Positions 18,506 through 26,319 of a stretch of 26,319 nt of DNA are shown in pieces. The DNA lies in IMG/VR virus record IMGVR_UViG_3300011337_000242, positions 1-26,319 of that record; one strand, given 5' to 3'. Below the pieces are notes generated by a model, which saw only the letters and a list, made by a program, of their open reading frames with translations, did no database searches and was not told the DNA's origin. The translations under genes and the position numbers were made by a program. This DNA comes from a virus. Lineage: Duplodnaviria > Caudoviricetes. Numbering within the stretch: the first letter of the stretch is position 1; the number at the start of each line of letters is the position of its first letter.

Positions 18506-19729
18506 CTGCTTGATAGACTGTGCTGTAAGACTACGCAAGCCTGTTGTTACTTTACCGATAGTAGCATCAAACGGTGGGCCAATACTATCAATAACTAATA
18601 CCATATCATTGGCAGGACTTGCGCCACCTAAACTTGTGCCTGCTATTAATATTTCATCACCAATTAAATATCCACTACCACTAGTAACGATGTTGATTGT
18701 TGTGTTGCCACTTGCTGGATCTGGTGGATCTGGTGGAATGTAGTATTCGTAATCTTCACCACCTGCGTTTGCTTGTAGTTCTATATCAACTACTAAGCCT
18801 GTGCCTGCACCTGTAGTTGTAGTGGGTGATATTCCAGAATATGTAGTTGTTGCACCTAATGCTGCCGTAGTGCCACTTAATGTAAAGTTTTGACTATTGT
18901 TCTCTAAAAGAATACCACCAGGCATAACATACTCAACTGTTAAGATATACCAATAGTATCCAAAGTCTAGGTTAGGGCCGTCAAGCACAGTTGTAAAGAT
19001 TGCTTCTAATGTATCTGTTCCTGTGCCAACGGTTAAACTTTTAGTAAATGTTTTTCTACTGACCAACACTGTGTCTTTGAACTGATAATCATTAGATCCT
19101 GGAGTAGTATCTGGAAATCCTCGTAGTCGTGTGATGCGAACAATTACATCATAATTTGTTGCTGTTGTGCAATCGTATTCATAACTTAAATTTAGTTGTG
19201 CTGATACAAACACTTGGTCTGTGGGTCCTGCAACAGTAACACGGGCATTACAATCAGTGTCCATTGCTGTGCCATCTAAATAGTTTCTGCCTACAGTGCC
19301 TCCACTAACATATGCAGGATAGGTAAAAGATCCAGTAGTGAATAATATCACATCTGTTGTTGTGCAACTGTAAACTGTGTAAGTGCCATTATAATCTGCT
19401 CCTGGATTAGCGCCTATAATTTGAACTCTATCACCATACTCAAACGGTGCTGAAGGCTGCGCTGAACTAAATGTAACTTGTATTTCTCTTGTTGGTTGAA
19501 CACCGACGGGCACAATATTACTAATAGATAATGCCAAATAGACGCTGGGATTTAATGTTGAGTCAATGTCTAAGTCCCACGGTTGTCTAGTGCTTGGTCT
19601 TAAGTATGCCGGTAGATAAGCACTGAAGCCTTGAAAGTTCTGACCTAAGCCTGCGGGACCACTAAGCAAATAGTTAACTGCTTCGTTAAGTCCTGCTTGA
19701 TCGTCAATCTCAATAGGATACTGAGCCAT
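18503..19729 (-). CDS. putative tail/virion structural protein
   Basis: 408 aa, Thr/Gly-rich and beta-like; GSGYLIGDEILI segment; TAATG-coupled to the upstream tail gene. Confidence 0.7.
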   Translation of the reverse strand: MAQYPIEIDDQAGLNEAVNYLLSGPAGLGQNFQGFSAYLPAYLRPSTRQPWDLDIDSTLNPSVYLALSISNIVPVGVQPTREIQVTFSSAQPSAPFEYGDRVQIIGANPGADYNGTYTVYSCTTTDVILFTTGSFTYPAYVSGGTVGRNYLDGTAMDTDCNARVTVAGPTDQVFVSAQLNLSYEYDCTTATNYDVIVRITRLRGFPDTTPGSNDYQFKDTVLVSRKTFTKSLTVGTGTDTLEAIFTTVLDGPNLDFGYYWYILTVEYVMPGGILLENNSQNFTLSGTTAALGATTTYSGISPTTTTGAGTGLVVDIELQANAGGEDYEYYIPPDPPDPASGNTTINIVTSGSGYLIGDEILIAGTSLGGASPANDMVLVIDSIGPPFDATIGKVTTGLRSLTAQSIKQ

Positions 19730-21687
19730 TATCTATCGTCCTCAACTTGTGTGACTTGCCAGGTTGTTGCGCTACACATCCATATGTCTGCGTTACTACT
19801 GTTGCTCAACTCTAGTGTGTTGACACGAAACGCATTCTGGTCTATCTGTGCCCAAGGGTTTTGATTGTTGTTACCATCAGCATCAATCGCTAATGTAACA
19901 CTCGCTTTCGCTGTAGGTTCAGATCCAACACTGTTCGCACCTTCTATTGTAACAGTAATGTTACCCGGACTTGGATACAGTGGTATCTCATTGTTTTGAT
20001 TAGATATTGCACCTATATTAACAGTCTCTGGTAGTCTGCGATGAACCATTAGTTTGCCACTATAATCTTTTAATAGTTTAATGTTGTCACGACGGAAACG
20101 ACTTGGTATTGGTGCATCATTAATAAACGAATAGCCCTGGTCTTTTTGAACAATTTTGCTTTGTGCTACACCTCTAGCGTAGACAACCGTTCTACTTGAA
20201 AGTAATGGCTCCCAATTGCTTGTAGTGTTATTATATTCTTGTATAGGAGCCTCACAACTGAATGTAGCGTCACTAACATCTCTTGGCGCATTCCAGCAAT
20301 CTAAGTCATAACGATAACTTAGCATCTTGTTAGGAACACCATTGGTTGCGTCTTGATCGGGATAGTATATCTCAACCTGACTACGCTGGCTGTTCACTTC
20401 CATAAACACTCTATCATAGTTTGCAGGATCTAGTTGATCGTAGAACCAATTCTTTACACGCTGGTTGCCCAAACCCTGAAAGTCTTGTCCATCAAAGACC
20501 CATATATCCCTAGCGTCAATACCATATACTAACTTGTCGGTGTTTGCCCAACAGTTGCTTGACAGTAATCCACGACCTTGATTGTATTGTCTTACACCTA
20601 GTATCGGAGCACTGGTAGTTGAGTAGTTGATAGGACTGAATACAACTGTGTCCCAGTAACTACACAAAAAGAACTGTCCATTACAAGGAAACGCATCTAG
20701 TGCGGCGCCACGCAATGGAACCTCTAACTGGTTAGCAATGTTAGTTACTGTGGGCGTCCAAGTTGTAGGAGCCTGATTAAGACCAAAACTTTGACTCCAT
20801 TGAACTGTCACTGGATAAAGTTCTGTTGCGCTTGTTACAGCGTTAGTTGCTGTTAGATTACCTGCTACTAAAATACTGCCCACATTAGGTGTATTGTATA
20901 ATCGCATAAACTTTGCATACACATTACTCCAGTCTGGATTATAGTTCCAACTATACGCTGGAGCAACTTTACCACCAGCACTGTAAGCGTCAGTAATGTT
21001 ACATACAATAGTAACATCAGTGGTAGAGCAGGCTGACACTAACCAAGTTCCATTATAGTATCGTGGAACAACTTCACTTAATGTTACATAACTACCCACT
21101 GCAAATGGTGCAGAAGCCTGAACATCAACAAAGGTTACCGTTTTCTCTGTTAGTGACGCTGGTTGAATGTCATCAACATCTAATGGCACTTGATTACTGT
21201 AACTTACCAATACTGCGCCAGGCTGGTCAGGCCAGAAGAATGGAGGATTATGTTCATCGTTTAAGAACAATACTGTGCCGTTCCACGCTTCTGTAATGTT
21301 AGTTGCTTGATTGTAACCTGAACTGTCAAAATTACTGTCTGTTGGTGTAATGTTTTCCCAGGCTTGTGTAGTAGGGTTCCAAGCAAAGTATAAGCCAGGG
21401 TTCAAAGGGTTTATTGCTTGTGTTGCAACAACATACCAGAACTCACCACCCTGCCTAAAGCCTCCAGTAATGAATGTAGGAGCGCCTACAGTGGTTGATA
21501 TGCCAGGCAGACTAGCAAGTATTTCTTCATCGCCTGCCATACTGCGTATACCACGAACATCAGTCTCAACATTCTGTCCGTCATTGTATTCGTTAGGCTG
21601 TAGTGCGGTAGAAGGAACATCCGGAGTGAATGTCATCTTCTGAAATGGTATGCGAACTTCGTCTAGAGGGTTTTTTATTTGAGCCAT
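19729..21687 (-). CDS. tail nozzle/stabilization protein (P22 gp10 / tail tubular B-like)
   Basis: 652 aa, Trp/Asp-rich propeller-like segments (VQWSQ, IWVFDG, YRYDLDCW), upstream of the ejection cluster. Confidence 0.7.
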   Translation of the reverse strand: MAQIKNPLDEVRIPFQKMTFTPDVPSTALQPNEYNDGQNVETDVRGIRSMAGDEEILASLPGISTTVGAPTFITGGFRQGGEFWYVVATQAINPLNPGLYFAWNPTTQAWENITPTDSNFDSSGYNQATNITEAWNGTVLFLNDEHNPPFFWPDQPGAVLVSYSNQVPLDVDDIQPASLTEKTVTFVDVQASAPFAVGSYVTLSEVVPRYYNGTWLVSACSTTDVTIVCNITDAYSAGGKVAPAYSWNYNPDWSNVYAKFMRLYNTPNVGSILVAGNLTATNAVTSATELYPVTVQWSQSFGLNQAPTTWTPTVTNIANQLEVPLRGAALDAFPCNGQFFLCSYWDTVVFSPINYSTTSAPILGVRQYNQGRGLLSSNCWANTDKLVYGIDARDIWVFDGQDFQGLGNQRVKNWFYDQLDPANYDRVFMEVNSQRSQVEIYYPDQDATNGVPNKMLSYRYDLDCWNAPRDVSDATFSCEAPIQEYNNTTSNWEPLLSSRTVVYARGVAQSKIVQKDQGYSFINDAPIPSRFRRDNIKLLKDYSGKLMVHRRLPETVNIGAISNQNNEIPLYPSPGNITVTIEGANSVGSEPTAKASVTLAIDADGNNNQNPWAQIDQNAFRVNTLELSNSSNADIWMCSATTWQVTQVEDDR

Positions 21688-21709
21688 TGTTTCTCTCGGT
21701 AATATGATG

Positions 21710-21715
21710 TATTTA
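21710..21715 (-). promoter_or_regulatory. TAAATA element upstream of the tail nozzle gene
   Basis: atacTAAATAcatc. Confidence 0.65.
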
Positions 21716-21771
21716 GTATTTTATAAACAGCACATCATTTACCGTGAAAGAAATTGAAAAAAATCAATAAA

Positions 21772-22059
21772 CTATTTACTATACCGTTCGTAGAGTGGAT
21801 TCCATATGCCGCCATCTTTAGTCAGCATTGCCTTAGGCTCGTCCTTCACTCTGGACAACACCTTGTTCAACTCTTTGCACAGTGATGGATGCTTCTCTAT
21901 GCTACTTGCGTATTTCATATTAGAGCCACAGTGTATACATTGATACCCACTAAACTTCCAGGTCTTAGCCTTCTTGTCAAACTGATGTATTAGATACAGT
22001 TTGACAACTTCCTCATACTGGTTGTATTGTCTGTGTAGGTCCTGCACTGTTGATTTCAT
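21772..22059 (-). CDS. C2HC zinc-finger protein (start 22059 or 22080)
   Basis: YQCIHCGSNMKYASSIEKHPSLC = C-x2-C-x12-H-x3-C. Confidence 0.65.
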   Translation of the reverse strand: MKSTVQDLHRQYNQYEEVVKLYLIHQFDKKAKTWKFSGYQCIHCGSNMKYASSIEKHPSLCKELNKVLSRVKDEPKAMLTKDGGIWNPLYERYSK

Positions 22060-22369
22060 TTTGTAGGCGCTTTCGTTCAAAACTTTTTCTCATATTTATT
22101 TTATGTTCTTCACTCTTAGGAACACCTAACTTTGCCTGACGCATTTTTTCTTTTTGTTCTTCACTCTTTGGAACTCCTTTACAAGCCTTGCGTATGCCTT
22201 CACTGACTTTCATATATGCTTCAGGACTGTGTGGTCCAGTGCCTTTTACCCACTCAGTGTAACCTTCGTCTGGTATATCTGTTGGTTCAACATTCAGTTC
22301 AAAACGCTTGATGTATTTGTTACCATTCATATCAAATCTGTGATATCTATTGTATTTTGTTTGTTTCAT
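22013..22369 (-). CDS. NUMOD3-motif DNA-binding protein
   Basis: GVPKSEEQKEKMRQAKL-GVPKSEEHKINMRKS tandem motifs; no GIY-YIG or HNH motif seen. Confidence 0.75.
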   Translation of the reverse strand: MKQTKYNRYHRFDMNGNKYIKRFELNVEPTDIPDEGYTEWVKGTGPHSPEAYMKVSEGIRKACKGVPKSEEQKEKMRQAKLGVPKSEEHKINMRKSFERKRLQNEINSAGPTQTIQPV

Positions 22370-22374
22370 AAATC

Positions 22375-22380
22375 TATTTA
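22375..22380 (-). promoter_or_regulatory. TAAATA element before the NUMOD3 gene
   Basis: aggtTAAATAgatttATG. Confidence 0.6.
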
Positions 22381-22421
22381 ACCTATCTATTATATCTGTT
22401 TATTTTATTTTGTATCATTTC

Positions 22422-22543
22422 ACTGATGCACTTACTGATGTTACTGATGCAGGGGTTTTCCTGCATCAGTTTTTTTATTGTGTTCTAGGTGTCTACAGGG
22501 CACTTTTTTCAGAAAAACTGATGCAACTGATGCAACTGATGCA
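22422..22543. repeat. ACTGATGCA iteron cluster, putative replication origin
   Basis: Direct copies at 22422, 22443, 22517, 22526, 22535; inverted copy at 22462-22470; 7-nt partial at 22434; next to AT-rich tract 22370-22420 and the primase stop. Confidence 0.75.
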
Positions 22544-22553
22544 CTTTTGAAAG

Positions 22554-23489
22554 TCACGAAAAATGACTCTTTTTTATAATATTAAATCTCCACATACTAC
22601 AGTTTAACCTGTTCATTAGTTGTATTGCCTTACGATCAGTCATAAAACTATCAAAACCCTGCTTGTATAGTTTGTCCAAATTAACCTTCTTTGTGCGTAA
22701 ATCGCTGTCTGGGTTAGCAATAGTCATAACAATCTGTTTATACTCACTAACACCCAAACCCTTACATTTGCAAAGAATAGCCAAACTTAATGCATCACTA
22801 TAGTGCAAATCACGCCCAGTAATCAATGTATTATAAATCGCTTGACTCATACTATTCTTCTCAAAGACAGGCTTGATAGTAGAAACATTATAGTTGATTT
22901 GTTCCTCAGCCAACACTGTTGCATCATATCGTGTATCAGATTGATTCCAATATACATACGCTAGATGTTTGTTGTTTTCGCTATAACTGGGTAGATAAAA
23001 GCATTGACTGATAGTGAAACTAGCACCATCAACACTGAATGCTTCAATCATACTATTATGGCGTTTGTCAAACTCTGTTTGTGTCAATGCTGTTTTTAAT
23101 GGTATAACCAACCTGAACTTTTCTTTTTCAACACTGTTACTATGTGTAGAATATACTAAGAACTCATAGTTACACCATTGACTTATTGCTTGTTCCAATG
23201 TCATTGAACCATCAATGTCTAATAACAAACAACTGATAGTATCAACATTCTCTTTACATCTACGAATGTAATCGTTTCTATCAGCATTCTCTACTTTAAC
23301 AGTGTCAGGACTGATATAGTCAGTTTTATAACTAAGACAGTTGAACAACATTGTGTCTGTTTTGTCCTGTAATAGTCTTTGTTCGTCAGTAAAGAAGTTA
23401 ACCAGTTCTTCAAAACTACAACTCACTTGGTCGTCTTTGTGAATGTATGCTTCATAGATACTATTGTATAGACATAGATTAATGTTCAT
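22554..23489 (-). CDS. AEP-type primase/primase-polymerase
   Basis: RCKENV, LLLDIDG (motif I), VYSTHS (motif II), KFRLVIPL. Confidence 0.8.
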   Translation of the reverse strand: MNINLCLYNSIYEAYIHKDDQVSCSFEELVNFFTDEQRLLQDKTDTMLFNCLSYKTDYISPDTVKVENADRNDYIRRCKENVDTISCLLLDIDGSMTLEQAISQWCNYEFLVYSTHSNSVEKEKFRLVIPLKTALTQTEFDKRHNSMIEAFSVDGASFTISQCFYLPSYSENNKHLAYVYWNQSDTRYDATVLAEEQINYNVSTIKPVFEKNSMSQAIYNTLITGRDLHYSDALSLAILCKCKGLGVSEYKQIVMTIANPDSDLRTKKVNLDKLYKQGFDSFMTDRKAIQLMNRLNCSMWRFNIIKKSHFS

Positions 23490-25203
23490 CTTTTAGTTTT
23501 CCTAACAGTTTCAATAAGTTTTCACCCTGAGTAATTTCTGTTGGTATAATGATTTTGTTGTCATCAACTTCACTATAATCTTTCAACTTCAATGTTTCTT
23601 TAGTGATTTTATCATTCTTTTTATATGCTTTTGTGCTAATCAAACTATAGTCAAAAGTAGTATATTGGTCATTAATGCGTCTGACTTTCTTCTTGTGAGT
23701 GTCGCCAGTGTTGTCGCCTTTCCAATATATTCTTGTGTTATACTCAACATTCTGAACTCCCTGAACACCGTGCCTTGACAAGAACTCATCAAACTTTTGA
23801 CTAAACTTCTGTGGGCTTTTGATTTGTATACCAAGACTTGCTTCAACAATTTGTTGTAAAAAGTCAAAGGGTAGTATGCCTTGATCCAAGAAAATAGGCA
23901 ATACTTCTTCAAAGATTTCTTGATATTGATCCTTTTGTTCTTCAATTCTTCGTGTATAATCTTCACCGTGCAATGCAAGCAATGTAGACATTTCATCTCC
24001 TTTATGTTTATCACATAAAAAACTAAAATGCTTACTGACTTCCAATCTATTGTCGCATAGTTCTGACACAATATATTCTGCTAATGTCTTTGCATCGTGT
24101 AAACTTAGATTATACTTTTTGCTTAAATGATCCAAGAACACAATCTCAGTTGATATGATTGACCAGCGTCTATCTTCACCACCAATGCCACCACCTACTA
24201 GTTTAACAATACCTGTATTGTCAGTAACGATTAGACTGAATGTAGCATCAACTGTGTATGCATTAACGCCCTTTGGCTCAATACGAATCTCGTTTGAGCC
24301 TGTAGATTTTTTCATACTTGCGTGTGGGAACTGTTTTTCTTCTTCGTCATCTAAGTTAATGATGACTTTGCCCTCCCAAGCACTGTTAAATCCACCACCA
24401 AGTTCTTTAATATCACCCTGATATACACTGTTTGGAGTGAACAAACTTGACAGATAACTCTTAACGATACCTTTACCATTACCGCCGGGCTTACCCGTAA
24501 TGTTTAAGTGTGGTATTGTATTACACTTTTCAGGATACAATCGTTTGAACACGATCCACTTTTCTAAGTGTTCAATGTTTTCAGTTTTACCACCACACAA
24601 ACTATAGAACAAGTCATCAAAGAAATGATTGTAGTTTGTATCAGTTGTTCGTGGTGCCCAATACATTGATTGCACTTTCAAACTGTTGTAAACATATTGC
24701 TCATTCCATTTGCTTGCGTGAAAACTTGAAGTTTTGATGTTGAAACTTTTGCCCGCTCTTTCAAACACAGTTCTCATATCATCTTCTGTAAAGTTACTAA
24801 ACTTACCGGGACTTTTCGCAAAGTTGTTCAAAATACCCCTTAAATGTTGATAAGTTACCACTTCTTCTTTTAAGTTTACTTTTCTTGGATCGTTACTATA
24901 GTCAGTAATGATTGTATATTTGCCATCGCTTGCTATGTAAGCAATGTTTCGTTGATTAATCAAGTCAGCCAAACTATCTTTAGCCGCACCTTTTACTTTG
25001 TTGTCAATCTCTTCCAACTCATCACTCAATAATTGTATCTCACTATTGAGTTTTTCAATCTCAACAGTAATTACATCCTTGATTGCTGGATTAGTTTCTT
25101 TGTTCCATTTTTTAGTTTGTGATTGAACATCTAGTTTAAGTGCGGCAATTCTTGCTCGTAGATTAACTGCTGAATTCTGTGGGTTCAGAGTTAATTCGTT
25201 CAT
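23479..25203 (-). CDS. SF3-like replicative helicase (NrS-1/DUF5906 type)
   Basis: Walker A GKPGGNGKG, Walker B IINLDDE, IRIEPKG...LIVTDN, EDRRW; N-terminal coiled coil. Confidence 0.85.
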   Translation of the reverse strand: MNELTLNPQNSAVNLRARIAALKLDVQSQTKKWNKETNPAIKDVITVEIEKLNSEIQLLSDELEEIDNKVKGAAKDSLADLINQRNIAYIASDGKYTIITDYSNDPRKVNLKEEVVTYQHLRGILNNFAKSPGKFSNFTEDDMRTVFERAGKSFNIKTSSFHASKWNEQYVYNSLKVQSMYWAPRTTDTNYNHFFDDLFYSLCGGKTENIEHLEKWIVFKRLYPEKCNTIPHLNITGKPGGNGKGIVKSYLSSLFTPNSVYQGDIKELGGGFNSAWEGKVIINLDDEEEKQFPHASMKKSTGSNEIRIEPKGVNAYTVDATFSLIVTDNTGIVKLVGGGIGGEDRRWSIISTEIVFLDHLSKKYNLSLHDAKTLAEYIVSELCDNRLEVSKHFSFLCDKHKGDEMSTLLALHGEDYTRRIEEQKDQYQEIFEEVLPIFLDQGILPFDFLQQIVEASLGIQIKSPQKFSQKFDEFLSRHGVQGVQNVEYNTRIYWKGDNTGDTHKKKVRRINDQYTTFDYSLISTKAYKKNDKITKETLKLKDYSEVDDNKIIIPTEITQGENLLKLLGKLKDEH

Positions 25204-25421
25204 TTCTTTCTTTCATTCATTCTGCAAATTTCGTATTCAAGTAAGTTAACCTGATCCTGATAAGCATCTTTAAGATGCCAAAACAGTTGATATGCTGCCT
25301 GTTTTTGAAAATCTTCTTCCCAGTTGCTTTTGTATATTAGTTTGTCAAAGTCTTGCATAATACTTTCAATGACAACTTTACATTCAAATCGTGCCTTATC
25401 CATCTTTTTATCTTTAATCAT
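25200..25421 (-). CDS. hypothetical protein
   Basis: 73 aa, ATGA overlaps at both ends, AAAGGA RBS. Confidence 0.75.
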   Translation of the reverse strand: MIKDKKMDKARFECKVVIESIMQDFDKLIYKSNWEEDFQKQAAYQLFWHLKDAYQDQVNLLEYEICRMNERKK

Positions 25422-25600
25422 TTCGTTTCCTTTAGTAAATTTTCTATGTAATCTTCGTATGCACCACTTTCAAACAGTTGTTCTGCTCTACTTGTAGGCA
25501 CAATGTTTGCCAATGCACTGTAAAAGATAGGCTTATCAACATATCTTTCGTGTATTGTTAGATATCTGTCTAATAATCTTGTTTCTGTATTAGTCAACAT
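25418..25600 (-). CDS. hypothetical protein (start revised to MLTNTE)
   Basis: ATG at 25600 with AAGGAG RBS. Confidence 0.7.
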   Translation of the reverse strand: MLTNTETRLLDRYLTIHERYVDKPIFYSALANIVPTSRAEQLFESGAYEDYIENLLKETK

Positions 25601-25760
25601 AGCCCTGCTCCTTCGCAAACTTGCATAGTCTGTCCAGTTCCTCTTCCCAGACACTGACCATATTCCAGTCTCCTCCAATAATGAAGCATTCTCTTGTTTC
25701 TATTGCGTGTTCAATACGCTCATTGAGTTCTGTGATATTTTGTATCATATAGTTAGTCAT
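25590..25760 (-). CDS. hypothetical protein (start revised to MTNYMI)
   Basis: ATG at 25760 with AAAGGT RBS downstream of a promoter-like region. Confidence 0.65.
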   Translation of the reverse strand: MTNYMIQNITELNERIEHAIETRECFIIGGDWNMVSVWEEELDRLCKFAKEQGYVD

Positions 25761-25776
25761 TTCGTTACCTTTCTTT

Positions 25777-25805
25777 TCTATAATGTATTTAGTCCTACTT
25801 GTAAA
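25777..25805 (-). promoter_or_regulatory. possible sigma70-like promoter with embedded TAAATA
   Basis: TTTACA-17 nt-TATAGA, A-rich upstream, TAAATA at 25786-25791 in the spacer. Confidence 0.4.
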
Positions 25806-25818
25806 ATACTTTATTTTT

Positions 25819-26097
25819 TCACTCATATTTTAACAAAAAATGCGTCTTTTCGGCACAGTCATTTGCCCATATCATATCAGCCATTTCTCTGGTTGAGCAA
25901 TCAACACCATTAAACTTCCATTTAGTTTGTTGTCTTGCACTCAATGCTTGATTATATTGTTGTTGCATCAAACTTTGACCCATTTGTCCACTATATTGAC
26001 TGTAAGCGTGATTGAATGCCTGATTTGCCTGTTGTGATAACTGTTGATGATTTTGTCCCATCAGTCCTTGCATCCCTAATATTTCCAATAAACTCAT
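25819..26097 (-). CDS. hypothetical Gln-rich protein
   Basis: 92 aa, ATGA overlap with the upstream ORF. Confidence 0.7.
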   Translation of the reverse strand: MSLLEILGMQGLMGQNHQQLSQQANQAFNHAYSQYSGQMGQSLMQQQYNQALSARQQTKWKFNGVDCSTREMADMIWANDCAEKTHFLLKYE

Positions 26098-26319
26098 AAG
26101 TCGTGACTAAATCCCCCATCGGGGAAGTTCCTATTGTATTCTTCTTGCAAGCATATTTGATATAGTTCCTCATAGTATTCGTGAAAACTTGTATAGACCT
26201 CATCAGTATTATTGTTAGTTACATCAACACAGATAATGCCTCGTCCTACTTGCGCCCATGTACTAATTGCAGGTGCATCTTCTAAGTGCTTAGGTATCAG
26301 TACATATAACACTTGCTGA
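26094..26319 (-). CDS. hypothetical protein, possibly 5'-truncated by the window edge
   Basis: Frame is open from the edge; GTG at 26312 may not be the true start. Confidence 0.55.
   Translation of the reverse strand, partial: QQVLYVLIPKHLEDAPAISTWAQVGRGIICVDVTNNNTDEVYTSFHEYYEELYQICLQEEYNRNFPDGGFSHDL

Noticed and set aside
17706-18743. Cluster of short overlapping ORFs (Cys/His/Leu-rich) on both strands
   Set aside because: Alternate-frame artefacts of the Gln/Ala and Gly/Asp/Tyr low-complexity coding region.
22422-22543. CRISPR-like array, or a plain plus-strand terminator at 22443-22476
   Set aside because: Repeats are 9 bp with irregular spacing and no cas genes. The hairpin plus T run has no credible plus-strand gene upstream and its arms are the iterons themselves, although antisense termination is not excluded.
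1969-24421. Other nested or antisense track ORFs (e.g. 1969, 4051, 4980, 5017, 6389, 6870, 7134, 7485, 7909, 8357, 12523, 14483, 15032, 21063, 21350, 22154, 22350, 23640, 24155)
   Set aside because: They overlap better-supported genes or the origin, lack RBS and show no recognisable motifs.
1-26319. Genome-wide TAG-to-Gln recoding (genetic code 15)
   Set aside because: All other long genes, including very Gln-rich ones, are intact under code 11; only one internal TAG was seen.

Overview
AT-rich fragment of a tailed dsDNA phage with a podovirus-type (P22-like) virion module. About 30 genes are present, all on the minus strand except one GNAT-like gene. In transcription order (right to left): small hypothetical genes; SF3-type helicase; separate AEP primase; ACTGATGCA-iteron origin candidate; NUMOD3 and C2HC zinc-finger proteins; tail nozzle-like and second tail protein; a ~1120-codon Asn-rich protein split by one in-frame TAG; ejection proteins (one with a lytic transglycosylase domain); a Dps-like protein; a Pro/Gln-rich protein; an inverted GNAT gene; TerS candidate(s); small basic proteins; TerL; DNA methyltransferase; portal; and the start of a probable scaffold gene. 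Most notable: (1) a TAAATA element resembling the T4-type gp55 late promoter in every upstream intergenic gap >10 bp, with no sigma factor gene in the window, which raises a helper-dependent/satellite hypothesis; (2) the amber-interrupted giant gene; (3) a GP(V/I)xP motif shared by the putative internal virion proteins; (4) an ~80 nt candidate double-pseudoknot RNA. All calls are by eye, with no database searches.
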